A stretch of DNA of 63,989 nucleotides, counting the filler, from Phoronis australis (lineage: Eukaryota; Animalia; Phoronida): assembly GCA_002633005.1 (NCBI GenBank). It is 6 parts of 6 records of this genome, joined end to end, with 100 filler letters (N's around TTAATTAATTAA, not from the genome) between each part and the next. Parts side by side here need not be neighbours in the genome. Positions count along the whole stretch, not along the records: positions 27,678 to 44,175 come from NMRA01000150.1; positions 44,276 to 55,300 come from NMRA01000694.1; 4 more parts are not named here. One strand, given 5' to 3'. The translations under genes were made by a program, and so were the position numbers. A model generated the notes under the pieces. It searched no databases and was not told the DNA's origin. It worked only from the letters and a program-made list of their open reading frames with translations. Positions 41,101 through 54,300 of the stretch are shown piece after piece. Within the stretch, counting starts at the first letter, position 1. The number at the start of each line of letters is the position of its first letter.

Positions 41101-42009
41101 TTTGCATGAGGGGCTATCAAAAATAGAACTTCTATGATTTTCATGAGAAAATTTTAAAACATAAATCCAGTGATGTTTTAGAAAACTGAAACAGCTTTTT
41201 GAGAAACCATCTTGAACATTTAAATAATGTCGATGATATTTTGCATCCAATTTACCTTTCTGTTTCTATTTAAGTTGAATTTGTTCTGAGACCCAATTAA
41301 TGACAGATTGGTAAAAAGTCAAAAAACAAATTCTACAGTATTTCTAGTTTCAGGAAATATTATACTTTCACTGAGTTAAACGTAAATGTTGCACTTATTC
41401 GGCAAAATACACAGACTTGCCCATAAGGACCAACGTAACCTTAATAAAGAGTTGTTTTGGGAACGTCATTATGGGTAATACTGTAACTGAAAGCGAGAGC
41501 TACTCTTGAATAGGTCAGATATAATGCCACATATCTACTAATATCGTAATCATATTGTGTTTCTGATTTCAACTTGATACTTTTTATACGGTTTTCATTA
41601 CTCTTAACTGTCTCTCTCTCCTTCTCTAGTATTTTATATTAGTATTACTAAATACTTTATTTTACTTCTCTAGTATTGTATAATAGTATTACTCAAACTT
41701 GATTTTACTTCTCTAGTATTGTATATTAGTATTACTCAAATACTTGATTTTACTTCTCTAGTATTGTATATTAGTATTACTCAAATACTTGATTTTACTT
41801 CAAAAACCACAAATGACCTCTTTCCCCCAGGTGAGGAATACTTGATTTTTTGAACAATAAAATAGAGTACATATGCAATGTGACAGTGCAATAAACAGCC
41901 ATTTGACCATTACAGCAGAAAAGATGAAAGGAAGAAAAACGAAGGGACTTACCTTCACATTAAATAGACCATCACCATGGAGATTTAGACCAGGAGTTAA
42001 GGAAAAAAT
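29180..42009 (-). CDS. TUBGCP6: Gamma-tubulin complex component 6, partial at both ends, multi-exon
   Basis: Minus-strand exons in transcript order: 42009-41953 (less certain), 40700-40573, 39092-39053, 38580-38426, 38205-37998, 36599-36304, 34514-34451, 33662-33553, 32770-32679, 31889-31750, 31310-31171, 30784-30693, 30036-29948, 29295-29180, with consistent phases. Peptides TRQTVFGALGQR, DEG..SA..TP, PYLTEAGP, AGLIFQAFTNGVRRYL, FPT-GLKLLTYIYQE, FIQDWLFSGVCRDIYSEFMI, DKHYWTMGYVL, VPVFLQDMAHDIFVCGKSINLLRLC, IPRIAVTFS and a following coiled coil match the GCP6 GRIP1 region as recalled. Confidence 0.9.
33860..34133. repeat. 54-bp minisatellite, about 5 copies
   Basis: Unit accagctacatagaagagacatgaatctatggataatgggagtaatgttaatca. 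Confidence 0.95.
34243..34468. repeat. 73-bp tandem repeat, 3 copies, each containing a TUBGCP6 exon end plus splice donor
   Basis: tcacagttgggaatac (minus strand gtattcccaact|gtgagt) recurs at 34301, 34374 and 34447. Confidence 0.9.
37160..37744 (+). mobile_element. Possible solo LTR in a TUBGCP6 intron
   Basis: Repeated tctaga motifs, TATAAATA at about 37378, AATAAA at about 37673, and TGTAA/TTACA- or GTAACA-type ends. No convincing TSD and ends uncertain. Confidence 0.45.
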
Positions 42010-42439
42010 CTGAAAAGTTGACAGAAGTAATGACTATCATCTCTTAAACAAACCTGACAACTCTGCGTGTGTGAAATTATGTGACATACAAATTATTCTA
42101 TCAATAAAGTTAACTTTTCTTAACAGTTGTTTTCGTTGAAAATGAAATTCCATTAGTGCTCTAAACAGATGTGTTTTACCGTATTATAGACTGTCAGTCT
42201 TAAAGATTGTATTGCTGAAGTATTTGATCATGCTTGGCAAGGCAGTTCAAGATATAAAATATTGAAATAAAAAAGTAACAGAAAACTGTACATCTTGAAA
42301 AGCATAATGAAAATGTATTAAATTTGTGCCAGATGAGCACATGTTACACTACTCTTCCTTTTGATCACACAGTGGGTGTGAGGCAAACATGCCAACTGTC
42401 TCAATCATGTTTTCATTGTTTTGTTCATGATTTAGAACA

Positions 42440-42918
42440 TAAACTGATTTCAAGCTACAATGAATCAGGTGTAAATGTTTGATGAACACAACCTGATTTT
42501 CAAGTTACAATGAATCATGTGTAAATGTTTGATGAACACAAACTGATTTTCAAGTTACAATGAATCATGTGTAAATGTTTGATGAACACAAACTGATTTT
42601 CAAGCTACAATGAATCATGTGTAAATGTTTGATGAACACAAACTGATTTCAAGTTACAATGAATCAGGTGTAAATGTTTGATGAACAAACTGAAATCAAG
42701 TTACAATGAATCAGGTGTAAATGTTTGATGAACAAACTGAAATCAAGTTACAATGAATCATGTGTAAATGTTTGATGAACAAACTGATTTCAAGTTACAA
42801 TGAATCAGGTGTAAATGTATGATGAACACAAACTGATTTCAAGTTATTAAGCATCAGGTGTAAATGTATGATGAACACAAACTGATTTCAAGTTATTAAG
42901 CATCAGGTGTAAATGTTG
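42440..42918. repeat. About 48-50-bp minisatellite, about 10 copies
   Basis: Unit aactgatttcaagttacaatgaatcaggtgtaaatgtttgatgaacaca. Confidence 0.95.
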
Positions 42919-44918
42919 GTATGTTGAATTATTTTGTCATTAGTTTATCTAACGTCAACACAAAGATCTTTCACAGAATTAGAAAACTATTGTTCAAAAT
43001 CATGGAAACTTCACATCAATTTAACAAAAACAAAAATGGTAGTGTTTAGATGGGAAGTTTATTTGAATCATTACGAGAAATGGAAGCTGTAAAATGAGAT
43101 GACTGACTTCAGCATACAAGTAGCTAGGAACCTTTTTCTACGATTAATGATTCATTCACGCAAAACCAGACAAGTTTATCAGACAAGACATTTAAGTTTT
43201 TTTTGCATTGAAAAACATTCATTTCAGTTTAGTAATATACCAGTTAATGGTTAGATGAGCATTTTTGATACAAAAATGTTACTAATACTTTTATATGGGT
43301 CAGAGATATGGAGTTGAACTGGCAAAAAAATTCATTTTTCAAAATATCTACTCAGTTTACCCCAAAGTGTTTTAAATACTTTGGCTAGGGGTGAATTTGG
43401 TAGAATGGCATACATGTACAAATTATGATATTCAGAACTGTTACGTTTTGGCTTAAGTTAATAACGACTGCAAACCCCAGATGTATTAAACATTATAATA
43501 TGTGCACTTTGACAGGATGGAACAGTACAGACTGTGTTGGGCATGGTATATAAATAAATAAATAGTTACTTAGCGATGATGTGTGATCGCTTGCCTAAAT
43601 CAAGGAAGGGGGAACGAATTACTGTTGATTAAAAAATACAAATAATGTGTTGGTAGAGAAAACAGTGAATACCTGGATGCACATATATTAGTCAAATATG
43701 ATTTTTGTGTAGAAAGGTACCTGACTTTGATTGTTCTTATGTACACATGCTCTCAAACTCTTCTCATGGTTAGTCGATGTATCAACATTAATAGTGAGGA
43801 TGGAAAATGCAATGTTCTACATTAAATAAAATATCACGAGAACATCATCTCACTATCAGAGTGCTCAGTGTTGATATCCCCAAGACAACAATATTAACTT
43901 CCATTGTAAACAATAGACAACGGTGTTACTCTTCTTTTCAATACTTGTTAAGGACTCACAGTGCCAATAATGCTAAAAAAACAGTCAGTTCTAATCCTCT
44001 TACTGTATGTATATTATTTTGTAAACATGTGCACACATGTACACATGTGTTCAATCTGACGTATTGTGGGCCAGAGGCATAATTAAAGAGATACTCGGCA
44101 CATAGCTAGTCCATCTTTAAAATACCTTTGGGTTAATGAATTCTTCTTTTGACAGGCAGTCATCTGCAACACTAANNNNNNNNNNNNNNNNNNNNNNNNN
44201 NNNNNNNNNNNNNNNNNNNTTAATTAATTAANNNNNNNNNNNNNNNNNNNNNNNNNNNNNNNNNNNNNNNNNNNNTTTTTTTACAGCGTTGCCTCGTTTT
44301 GATTTCACCGAGAGAGGGTGCAATTTAGACCCCCAAGTCGGCCTAAAATGGACGATCGCATAAATCGGTTATAAAAGTTGAAAATAAAATCTTTTTCCAC
44401 AATGACACCATCTCATTGAACTGACAATATGTCACTGTTCCATTTTTTCGTTTGTTTTTAAACTCAAGTCAAACCCCGACCGCGCACGTGCGGGTATCAT
44501 ATCAAGAAGCCTAAGTGATACTAAAAACTGCAGTGAGTTCGCACGTGCTTTAGTCGTCTGCACTAATTCATCGAAACGACTTGGCGCCGTCATCAGATTT
44601 CGTTTTATGGATAATTTTGTTGCGAATGGACCTGGGTTCTAGCAGCATATTATGTCAAAACACTCGAGCTGAAATTTGGCGACAAGGTGCCCGCGGCCAT
44701 TACATGGTTAGTCAGTTTTCCGCGGTGTGGCGTATGGAGTAACATGGTGTCCGATATTTAGGTTCTCCGAAGGTTTGGTTGTTGTGTTTTTTGAAGATCA
44801 GTCGGAACATAAATGAGGCTTTCAGTGACAAGATATAGTAACAGAACAATTCCGTGAAGGTAAATCTTTATTTCAGCAAAGAATTTACAACAATCCGTAG
44901 TATTTTCAATTAAATATA

Positions 44919-47900
44919 ATGCAAAATGTGCCAAAACGTCCGATAATTAGGTCACTTGACTGTAGTGTGAGTTTCTCTGGTCTTACAATGTTTTCCCCCT
45001 CATGGTCACAGTTCAATTCCTCTCACCGGCATCGAATGAGATATCATGCTGTGCGGGTTCAGCTTACTGATGTGTCTTACTATTGTTTATATAACACCTG
45101 TACGGATTACGGAATCGTCATTGGCATGTGCCTCCTTTTAGCTGGCGATGTTGAAGAAAATCCTGGGCCTGAAGACAATACTACCTTTAAAATCTTATTT
45201 TCAAATATTAACAGTATTAAATCCAACAATTTCTCCAGATTCCAACTTCTAAAAAACTTTGTTCTGTCTGACGATTATATGATTGTCGCTCTTTGTGAAA
45301 CTTGTAATGTTACCAAAGACGACCTTGATAATGAACTAATCATTCCTGGTTACAGTGTAGCGTATCACAGTAACAGTGGCCGTGGTATCATCTTATTCAC
45401 TAAAAACACTCTCATTTAAATTATGTCCTAGCCTAACTTGTCCTCAGTTATGCAACTGTTGGATCGAAATTTATTTCGATCACAGAAAAGTTTACTATGG
45501 GTTGTTTTATCGCTCACCTTCTCAATCTCCAACCGAAAGAAAACTCTACTTCAAAGCCCTAGCCGATCAGTTAACAGAACATAACCGCAATAGCGTTAGT
45601 ATAATCATAAATGGTGATTTCAATGCCCGAAACTCTACATGGTACAATGATGATCATGACAATACGGCCGGACTACAATTGTTTGATATTTTATTGTCTA
45701 ATGACTGCATACAACTAATTAATGAGCCAACCCGGATCACCAATGTTTCTCATTCATGTATTAACCTCTGTATAACAAACAATTTGAGTATCGTTGACTC
45801 ATGTTCTGTACTACCTCCTGTTGGCAATTCTGATCACCATACTATCGAAACCACAACACTTAAAAAACCGGTTAAAGAACAACACACCACTCGAACCAAC
45901 TGGAAATATGATCAGGTCGACACCGATAAACTTCGTCAGGATATCACCAACACTGACTGGGATTCCATATTGAACACTGGCGACATTGATGACACTTTCA
46001 CTCTTCACTAGTACTATCTATGAAATCTTAAAAAACAACATCCCATCAACTGAAAAGATAATTAAACACAACAGCCAACCGTGGTTCAACAGTAATGTTA
46101 AACGGGCAATCCAGACTTTACAGCTCTTTCAGAAGATCTAACAACACTATAATCTACAACAGATACAAGGAGCAGTCACGTCTGGTTGAAACTTTAGTAA
46201 ATCAAGCCAAAGCTGATCACCGACACAAGCTTTTTCAACAAATTAACAGCGCAAGCAAGAATTCCAAAGAATACTGGAACATCATCAATAAAATACGCTG
46301 CAGTCAACAGCAATCCTCCTATCCTGTCGTCAACTATAATGGTAACCTAGCCTCACGTAGTAGTGACAAGTGTGATTTGTTTCTCAAATTTTTCACGAAC
46401 AAAAGCCACATTACACCATCTGAAGTAAGTAACTTTCCCTTTCTTCGTGAACGTTGTCTCAATCAACTGTGTGACATCCCGGCTAATCAAACTGATGTCC
46501 GGAAGTATCTCAATGAAATTGACCCCAATAAGAATGATGGCACAGCTTTAATAACCAGCAAGATGATCTAAATGATTGCCAACGAAATTACCATGCCCCT
46601 GACCAATCTGTTTAACAAACTTCTTCAGCTAGGCATTCATCCGTCTTCTTGGAAACATGGAATTATGGTCCCTATACACAAAAAAGCTCCAAAACTGAAA
46701 TTTCAAATTATCGCCCAATAACATTACTTAACACCCTGTCCAAAATCTTCGAGAAGATCATTGCTCAAACTATTCTTACATTTCTCAAACAAAACAACTT
46801 GATCTATCATCGTCAATTTGGTTTTTTGCGTGGGAACAGCACTGTGGCACAACTTGTTGAAATAGTACATGAGATTCATTTACATTTTGAGAAGGGCGAG
46901 AGTGTCAGGTCCATTTTTCNATTTGTAAACGCAGGTGTACCGCAGGGTAGCGTATTGGGCCCTCTTCTCTTCTTGGTTTATATTAATGACCTTCCTGATA
47001 ACCTGTCATGTAGCACATACCTTTATGCAGATGACACGGCGCTTTTTTACCCCTTCGCAGGGAGCAGCCCTGAATGTTCTTTGCAGCTTCAACACGACTT
47101 AAATAAACTAAGCTATTGGTCATAAGAATGGAGAATGAATTTTAAACCAGAAAAAAGCGTTGACCTCACCTTCTCCAAATCTATTAATGCTCTCTTCCTT
47201 GTTGACCCGTCTTATGACCTTAAACTTAATGATGAAGTCATTCCTAGAAAACAGTCGCACAGACATCTGGGTATACTGTTAGATGAAAAACTCATTCACC
47301 CGTCATGTTCGGGAGCTTGTACAAAAAACTCAGGAACTAATTAACCCACTTAAGCTTGTCTCGTCATCTGAATTCTACACATTTAGAAGTTCTGTTCAAA
47401 TCCTTTGTACTTCCACAAATTGATTATTGTGATATTATATATCAGTCTGCCAATACGGGTGCACTCCAACATTTGGAGAAGTTACAATATCAAGCCGCCT
47501 TACTCATAACCGGAGCTTACAGGGGATCCAGTAGTGTTAAGGTTTTGAATAGTCTCAAGTGGCCCAAACTGTCTACTCGACGCAATCTTCACATGACCAC
47601 ATTTACTTTCAAGGTAATAAACAATGTCAACGACATGTCTGTCAAAAAATATTTGATCTATATACTAGACAAGGCCATCGTAGTGATTTGAGATCCTCCA
47701 CCCCATATGCAATTCCTCCGTCGTGCACTCAGGCATTCAGAAGGTCTACAGTCATGATGTGCATCAACAACTGGAATTCTCTTCCAGTCTCTGTTAAGGA
47801 AAGCAACTCTTTTACGAGTATAAAAGATAATTTTAGAACTGTTTTTCATAATTTTGATAACTCAACACCTTTGACTCAATTTTCCCTTACCCGCGACAAG

Positions 47901-48410
47901 TTCAGGCACCACTTTAGTAATGTCTCTCCAAACTGTAAATGTGGTGACCATCAGTCTTATCCTCATATTTTCTTCAAATGTCCCCTCATCGAATCCCTGA
48001 GAGACTCACTCTTTCATGCACTGAATGATAACCAATCAATTGTTAACGCTCTCAATTCTTGTAATAATATCCCTACTAGAGTTACATTATTACTGAATGG
48101 TAGTCCTAACCTTGACTTCGTTCTCAACGAATTCCTCCTAAGCAACGTTAGCAAATTTTTGTGTACCGTTTATCAATATTGTTGCATCTGATTTCCCTAC
48201 ATGAATCTGTACATATTTTTGTTTTCATGTGTCTGTATTAGCATGTCTAAGTATTGGAATACTTTTTTTAGATACTACTTAATTGTATATACCTCTATGT
48301 ATATAAGTTTCATTTATGAATTGTTTACAACCCAGATATAATGCTTCGCGGTTTCTGGGTTTGTTATTATTTCTTTGTATGTTCTGTGTATCATTCAATA
48401 AATATATATC
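44919..48410 (+). mobile_element. Decayed APE-type non-LTR retrotransposon (CR1/L2-group LINE), ORF2 with endonuclease, RT and C-terminal Cys/His motif
   Basis: Frameshifted ORF pieces: KILFSNINSIK...ALCET, FYRSPSQ, INGDFNARN, QLINEPTR, GNSDHH (APE); [58 protein letters not shown] (RT); CKCGDHQSYPHIFFKCP. 3' stem-loop aacccaga...tctgggtt near 48329-48361, then AATAAA at about 48397. The n at 46920 removes part of the RT. Confidence 0.93.
45132..45170 (+). other. 2A-like StopGo (ribosome-skipping) peptide LLLAGDVEENPGP
   Basis: Exact D(V/I)ExNPGP consensus, in frame and immediately upstream of the APE domain. Confidence 0.9.
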
Positions 48411-49931
48411 ACAGTAAGTGTTGGTTGTGAAGTGAAGCTTTAAATTGGTCCTGAAACATATGATGAAGTTAATGAAGACAATGTTTTGTTATTTTCAACA
48501 TCTGTGAATTGTCTATGCTCAGCGAGTGGAGAGCCTACATCACAATTAGAATTCAGACAGAATGTTGAACTGTCGTGGTACAAGGCACAAGTTTTGTAAC
48601 TAAATTAATCACATGCTTCATTACAGGTGCTCAGGCTTTGGAGAGGGATATGCTTAATCCCAACTGGAAGTAACTTCACTAGTAGTGGATAGTGACAAGA
48701 GTTGTGAAGATGATGGATATTACGGAAGTGGATGTGATGCAGGTACACAGCTGGTAACCAGGAATAATGGATAAAGACCAGCCTAGTGAAGATGGTGGAC
48801 GTGATGGAGGTACACTGCTGGATAGTGACCAATACAGTGAAGGGGATGGACGTGGTTTAGATACACAGTTGAGAGCAAGAGTAATAGATCGTGACCAGTC
48901 AAGTGAAGATTATTGGAGTACTGGAAGTTCAGGGTCGGATAGTGAAGACCATGTTATTTGGTGAGTATTTTTGTCTAATGCAATTCGTTTGACTCGGGGT
49001 ATTATCAACATATACCATATTTTGAGCTGAAAATTCACAAGTCACCACACCAGTATATTGACTTGTCAGTTTTGCTGTGACATGCCTTGCTCTGTCAGTA
49101 GCAACAATGAAGGCTGAAGTATCAGCCCACCAATATAGGATAAAAGTTGTTCTTTGTAGTGGGTCCGGCTCCTGGTATCCTGACATTTGTAACAAACTGA
49201 AAGAAAGTGAAGATGTATATATGCAGTTGTCGGACCAGTTCCTTCAGGGTCTAATTTGTTCCACGAACGTGCGGCATGGAACCTAAAGTAGAAAAAATTT
49301 CCAGGTCACATACTTTGTACTCAAAGAACTGAAATATCTTCAGGACCCTAAAAAAACAACTGACCAGAATTTATCGCACCAAGACCTATAATTTATCTTG
49401 TCAAGACCGAAAATTTATCACTCCAGAATAGAAAACTTACATGTATCACTGAGGACAGAAAACTGATCGTGCTAATACAAAAATCTTTATGCCAGGAGGC
49501 CATGCCACCATTCTTTGTCTGACAATGTTGATCCGCTTTGTTTATCATTCTCAGCTGTTGAATGGTTAGGTTCATGACTTTGAGAGGTCAATTATGCTTG
49601 TGGATGATCGCATGGTCTCCTGGCATGAAAACTGAATGACATTAAACACTGCCATGTTGTTGAAATTAACAATGATCAGGACTTAAATTAACCACAGTCT
49701 CTCATTTCATGCTTCATCACAACAAGTTTTTCCAAAGAACCATTGTTTTCTTACAGAGAGCATTATTCCAGTCTTGACAGGCACTCTATATAATAAGAAC
49801 TGCAACCCTGGAATGCCATTTCGATCTTGGGCTTCTGAGGAAGCGTAACACATGCGTGGAATTTGTTTGTTTGGTTTGTCCAAGGGCATATATTTTGCAC
49901 CCTAAATGTAAGCCTGGTAAGACGCTGTTCA

Positions 49932-51396
49932 TTTTTATGCGCCCACATATTTATATGTGGATGCATTATGCCGTCATCTCCGTCCGTATGGGCGGCGTCC
50001 GTCTGGCATCCGGCGTCTGGCGTCCGGCGTCCGCTGCTCTATCTCCAAAACCCTTTGACATACGTTCATGAAATTTGGCACATATGTTCCATTCATGAAT
50101 GGGACGGCATGTGTGAACTTTCGGACGGATCCGACTACCGGTGTGGCCCCTAGTGGCAATTTTAGTTTTTTACGCTTACCTTTGTATCTTCAAAAGTCCT
50201 GAACGGATTTTCATGATGGATTCGACATAGTTTGCGCCACCTAGTGGCCATTTTTACTGTTTTCGAGTCTGTATTTTTGCGTCCACCCCTCTATCAACCA
50301 AACTGCTCAAAGGATGATTGTGAAAATTGGCATGTATGTGCTTACTATAAAGAGGACAGCTGACAATGAGTTTCAAACGATTTGGACTCCTGTGGCGCCT
50401 CCTAGTGGCAGTTTTGTTTTTTTGCGCCTATGGCTGTATCTCCTAAACCGTTCGCAGGATCTTTACGAAATTTAATAAGTGTATTTATATTATGTTAGCA
50501 ATAAAGGATGACGACTTTTGGACGGATCCGCCTACTGGTGTGCCCCCTAGTGGCAATTTTATTTTTTTACGTTTACCTCTGTATCTTCACAAGTCCTTAA
50601 TGGATTTTCATGAAATTTGGTATGTAGGCACCTATTAGTGCGATGACACTATCCTCCCGTTTTGGGATGGATTCGAACTAGTTTGGGACACCCAGTGGCC
50701 ATTTTTACTGTTTTTGAGTCTGTTTTTTGGCGTCCACCCCTCTGTCAACCAAACCGCTATAACTATGACTTTGAAAATTGGCATGTATGTTCTTACTATG
50801 AAGAGGACGGTTGACGCTTAATTTCCCATGACTTTGATTACTGTGGCGCCTCATAGTGGCAGTTTTTTTTGCGCCCATGGCTGTATCTCCCAAACCGTTT
50901 GCAGAATCTTTACTAAATTGTAAGTGTATTTATGTGATGTTGACAACGGACAATGACGACTTTAGGATGATTCTGACTACCGGTATGCCTCTAGTTTCAA
51001 TTTTAGTATTTTACAGTGACCTCTGTATTTTCATAGGTCTTCAGGTGTATACTTTGTGTTACTTCGTGGCTATGAAGGAAAATTTCCAAATAGAAATTTG
51101 TTTCTGGCATTCTAATGCTGTGCTAATCTTGTATGTTGGTAAATTTGTTTTTAATTCTATGTTTCTGTGGTGCTTTAAGCAACTGATGTATAGGATGTGC
51201 TTGTATTATGAAGATCACTAACATTTTGCCCCTAGCCTATTGAGGAGACAATGACCATGCCTTTCCATTTTGCAAAGTACCTCATACTACATATATGCCC
51301 TCTACTGGCCACTTTATGGTACCAATAAACAACCCTAGAAGGATACCTTATACGGTGCAATTGTGGGCGCATTTCAACGCTCTGCGTTACTCTTGT
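49932..51396 (+). mobile_element. Helentron-associated (HINE/DINE-1/pearl-like) non-autonomous element with internal core repeats
   Basis: T-run, then 5' subTIR atgcgcccaca with adjacent inverted partner (49937-49966), a cgtc-type microsatellite-like tract (about 49980-50033), long degenerate core repeats, 3' subTIR tgtgggcgcat (51362-51372) and hairpin aacgc-tct-gcgtt (51376-51388). Related core sequence continues 51400-51850. Confidence 0.75.
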
Positions 51397-54300
51397 AGTT
51401 ATTTACGTTTGCCTCTGTATCTTCAAAGGTTTTCAATGTATTTTCGTAGGCATCTATTAATGAGATGATGCTATCCCTCCATGTTCAGATGAATTTGACA
51501 TAGTTTGTGCTACCCTGTGGCCATTTCTACTTTTTTAGATTCCACACCTCTATCAACCAAACTTTTAAGGATCATTGTGAAAATTGACATGTATGTTGTC
51601 ACTATGAAGTGAACGGGTGACAATGACTTTCGCACGACTAAGACTACTGTGGCACCTCTTAGTGGCAGTTTTGTTTTCTGCACCCATGGTGATATCTCTT
51701 TAACCGTTTGCAGAATCTTTACTAAATTAAGCAGGTGTATTTATATGATGTTGATAACAGACGATGATGACTTTTGGACGGATCTGAGTACCGGTGTGCC
51801 CCCTAGTGGCAATCTTATTTTTTTCATTTATTTTTGTATCTTCAAAGATCTTCCTATGTTTACCTGTCATCAAAAATATTAGTCGCGAACTATCCATTCA
51901 TGAAACGGGTAGCATAGCATCGGCAAGAAATAAATATTGGCACTAATTTCGGACAGTTTCTTAAATACCATAACAAGATTTTGCATAATTTTTAAGAGGT
52001 ATTTGGTTAATTATAATTGGTGTTTTTAAAGCCAAATATCCTATAAAATGACCTCTGTCAGTGATTGCTTTCACACATATACACTGAAAAATAATTGTCA
52101 GGTAGTCACATCCGCAACCAGCCACGTTGTGCCTAATATGGGCCTTATATAGACAATTGTCGAACGATTTTTAGCAGATGAGACTAGCAAGTCCTGAATG
52201 AAGGACGTTCTACTTTTTAATGCTTGTGCTAATTTCACGCGCTCGCTTACACACACAGATGAACTTCAAAACAAATGTCACATGACAACAACTTGTGTTT
52301 GTCCAAAATTTTTTTTCGTCTGCGGGTTGGCCTAAGGTCATATATTAGATGGCACGATCTATCACAGATTTGGACTTAACCTACCGTTAATCCTGACTCC
52401 ACGGGAATTTAAAAATCTTAGGGATGGTATCTGGAAAATTGAAGGAGGATTTCAGGTAATTTGCAATGTAATGAGTTGAAACTGTATTTTTGTTCAAGCG
52501 TTCAAGTTGTCATATCGACGATTGCGAGGCAGTCAGTCAGCGAGTTTTCGCCACGGGATTTCAGCACAATTTTTTTTGTAAAATTATAATAGTAATTTAA
52601 CAGCAAAGTTTGATAGCAATGTAACTAAATTTTGTATAAAGTCTGCCATAGGTTACAGATGTGCCACAGAGTGTAAATATGATGAATCTTAGCTTCTGCT
52701 TAATCACCCGTTTCGGAGACCGGGTTTCAACCGCCTTGGGTTACAGTAAGTGCCCCACTAAAACAAATGTTTCTAAGCGCACTCAGAGCGGTTATTAGGG
52801 TGAATACGGTATTTAAATTCTATTCTTGAAAAATGCAAATTTTGTGGAATTTTGTGAAGCTACTCTTTTTGTGAGGGTTTTGAACTGGCTTTCAGAGGAT
52901 TTTTCTAATTTTCGGTAGGAGGTAACCTTTTCGAATTATTTGGGATTTTCTGATAACGCTGTTCCTTTGTTGACGGATCTTTGCTGCACTTTTGTTGGTT
53001 TACCTTGTATTGAACACAACTATATTTCTTACTCATATCTGACACCTTTATTTGTCTTATGAATGTTATCGTCATGTTCGTCATTGCCACCATCACCATC
53101 ATTGTCATCATCTTCAATCAATTAATTTTGCCAATTCAGTTGTCCATTTTTCTATTTCAGAAATGTGGTAGTCGCATGGCTATTGTTAAACACATGGCTG
53201 TATTGGAAATGTTCTGCAGATACACTTCTGCTTTTATGTGATGTTGACTATTGACTCAGAAATGTACTTAATGGCTGTTAATTTGTTTGATTTGATGTTG
53301 TAGGGACTGGTATTGTGAAAGTTGTGGAACTGAGGAAAGTGTTTCCAGGATAGAATTGATTGAAAAGGGGTATGCATTTAAATATTTCCTTTGTCTCATT
53401 CACTATCAATTGCTTTACTGGCTGCCAATGGAATATACCTGAATTGATGGTGCCAACACAGCAGCACTGTCTTGATGAAACGTAGTTAAAAAGAGATTTG
53501 TTCAAACTGGTTGATCAACCCTAAAATTTAACCAGTATATGTTAAAGTGAATTTTGTTATCCACAACAAAGGTACATTCTGAACTTTCTCTTACATATAA
53601 TAAAAGCACTTTTTAGCTCTTCAACTATCAATTACCTCACGAAAAATACCTTTTCATTCAAAACTTCTTGACTTAGTTGATAACCTTGGGAGTATTTCAC
53701 ATTCTAATATGAGCACGTGTGTTTCTTAATGTTTCTTCTGAAAAAATCTGTACAAAAAGTAGTGTGGAGCCCAGGAAGCATTATATTTTGCCTTCTGTGT
53801 GTTGATGAATACACACAATTTATGTAGTATTGCATTTACCGTAAACGTTCGGGTTAACGACCATGCTCCTACTTTAGGTGGATTTTCGATTTAACCGCCC
53901 ACTGCTCCGTTAAGCGCCCCAATGCGATTTTTGAAGATTTCCAGTTAAGCGCCCACCTCTTGGTTAAGCGCCCATCCCCGGCTTTTAAAGAATGAAGATT
54001 TAGCGCCTAGTGCTAAGGAAATGCGCGATTCCCTGACTTTTAGAAAAAGATCGATTATCACAATGAGTATATACATAAGTGCCCCAGGAATTTGAGAAAT
54101 GCATACGAAACTTACATTATTGAGAAAAGGATGTAAATATAAATGTATGATATAATGTTTTGTCGCTGTTAGACTCCTTATTTACATTGTTCGAGTGTTT
54201 GAAAAGCTGTGCTCTTTGATCTTTATTGTGCAATCAAAGAATTGTCATCAAATATCTGGTATCTCTACAGCAACACTATTGTGAAATGTCTCTAAAATGT

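Noticed and set aside
43721-43972. Additional upstream TUBGCP6 exon on the minus strand
   Set aside because: A donor-like site exists at 43720, but the frame from the obvious acceptor hits a stop and I recognise no GCP6 motif.
46915-46925. Apparent in-frame deletion in the LINE RT domain
   Set aside because: Coincides with a single n, so it is more likely a collapsed assembly gap than a real deletion.
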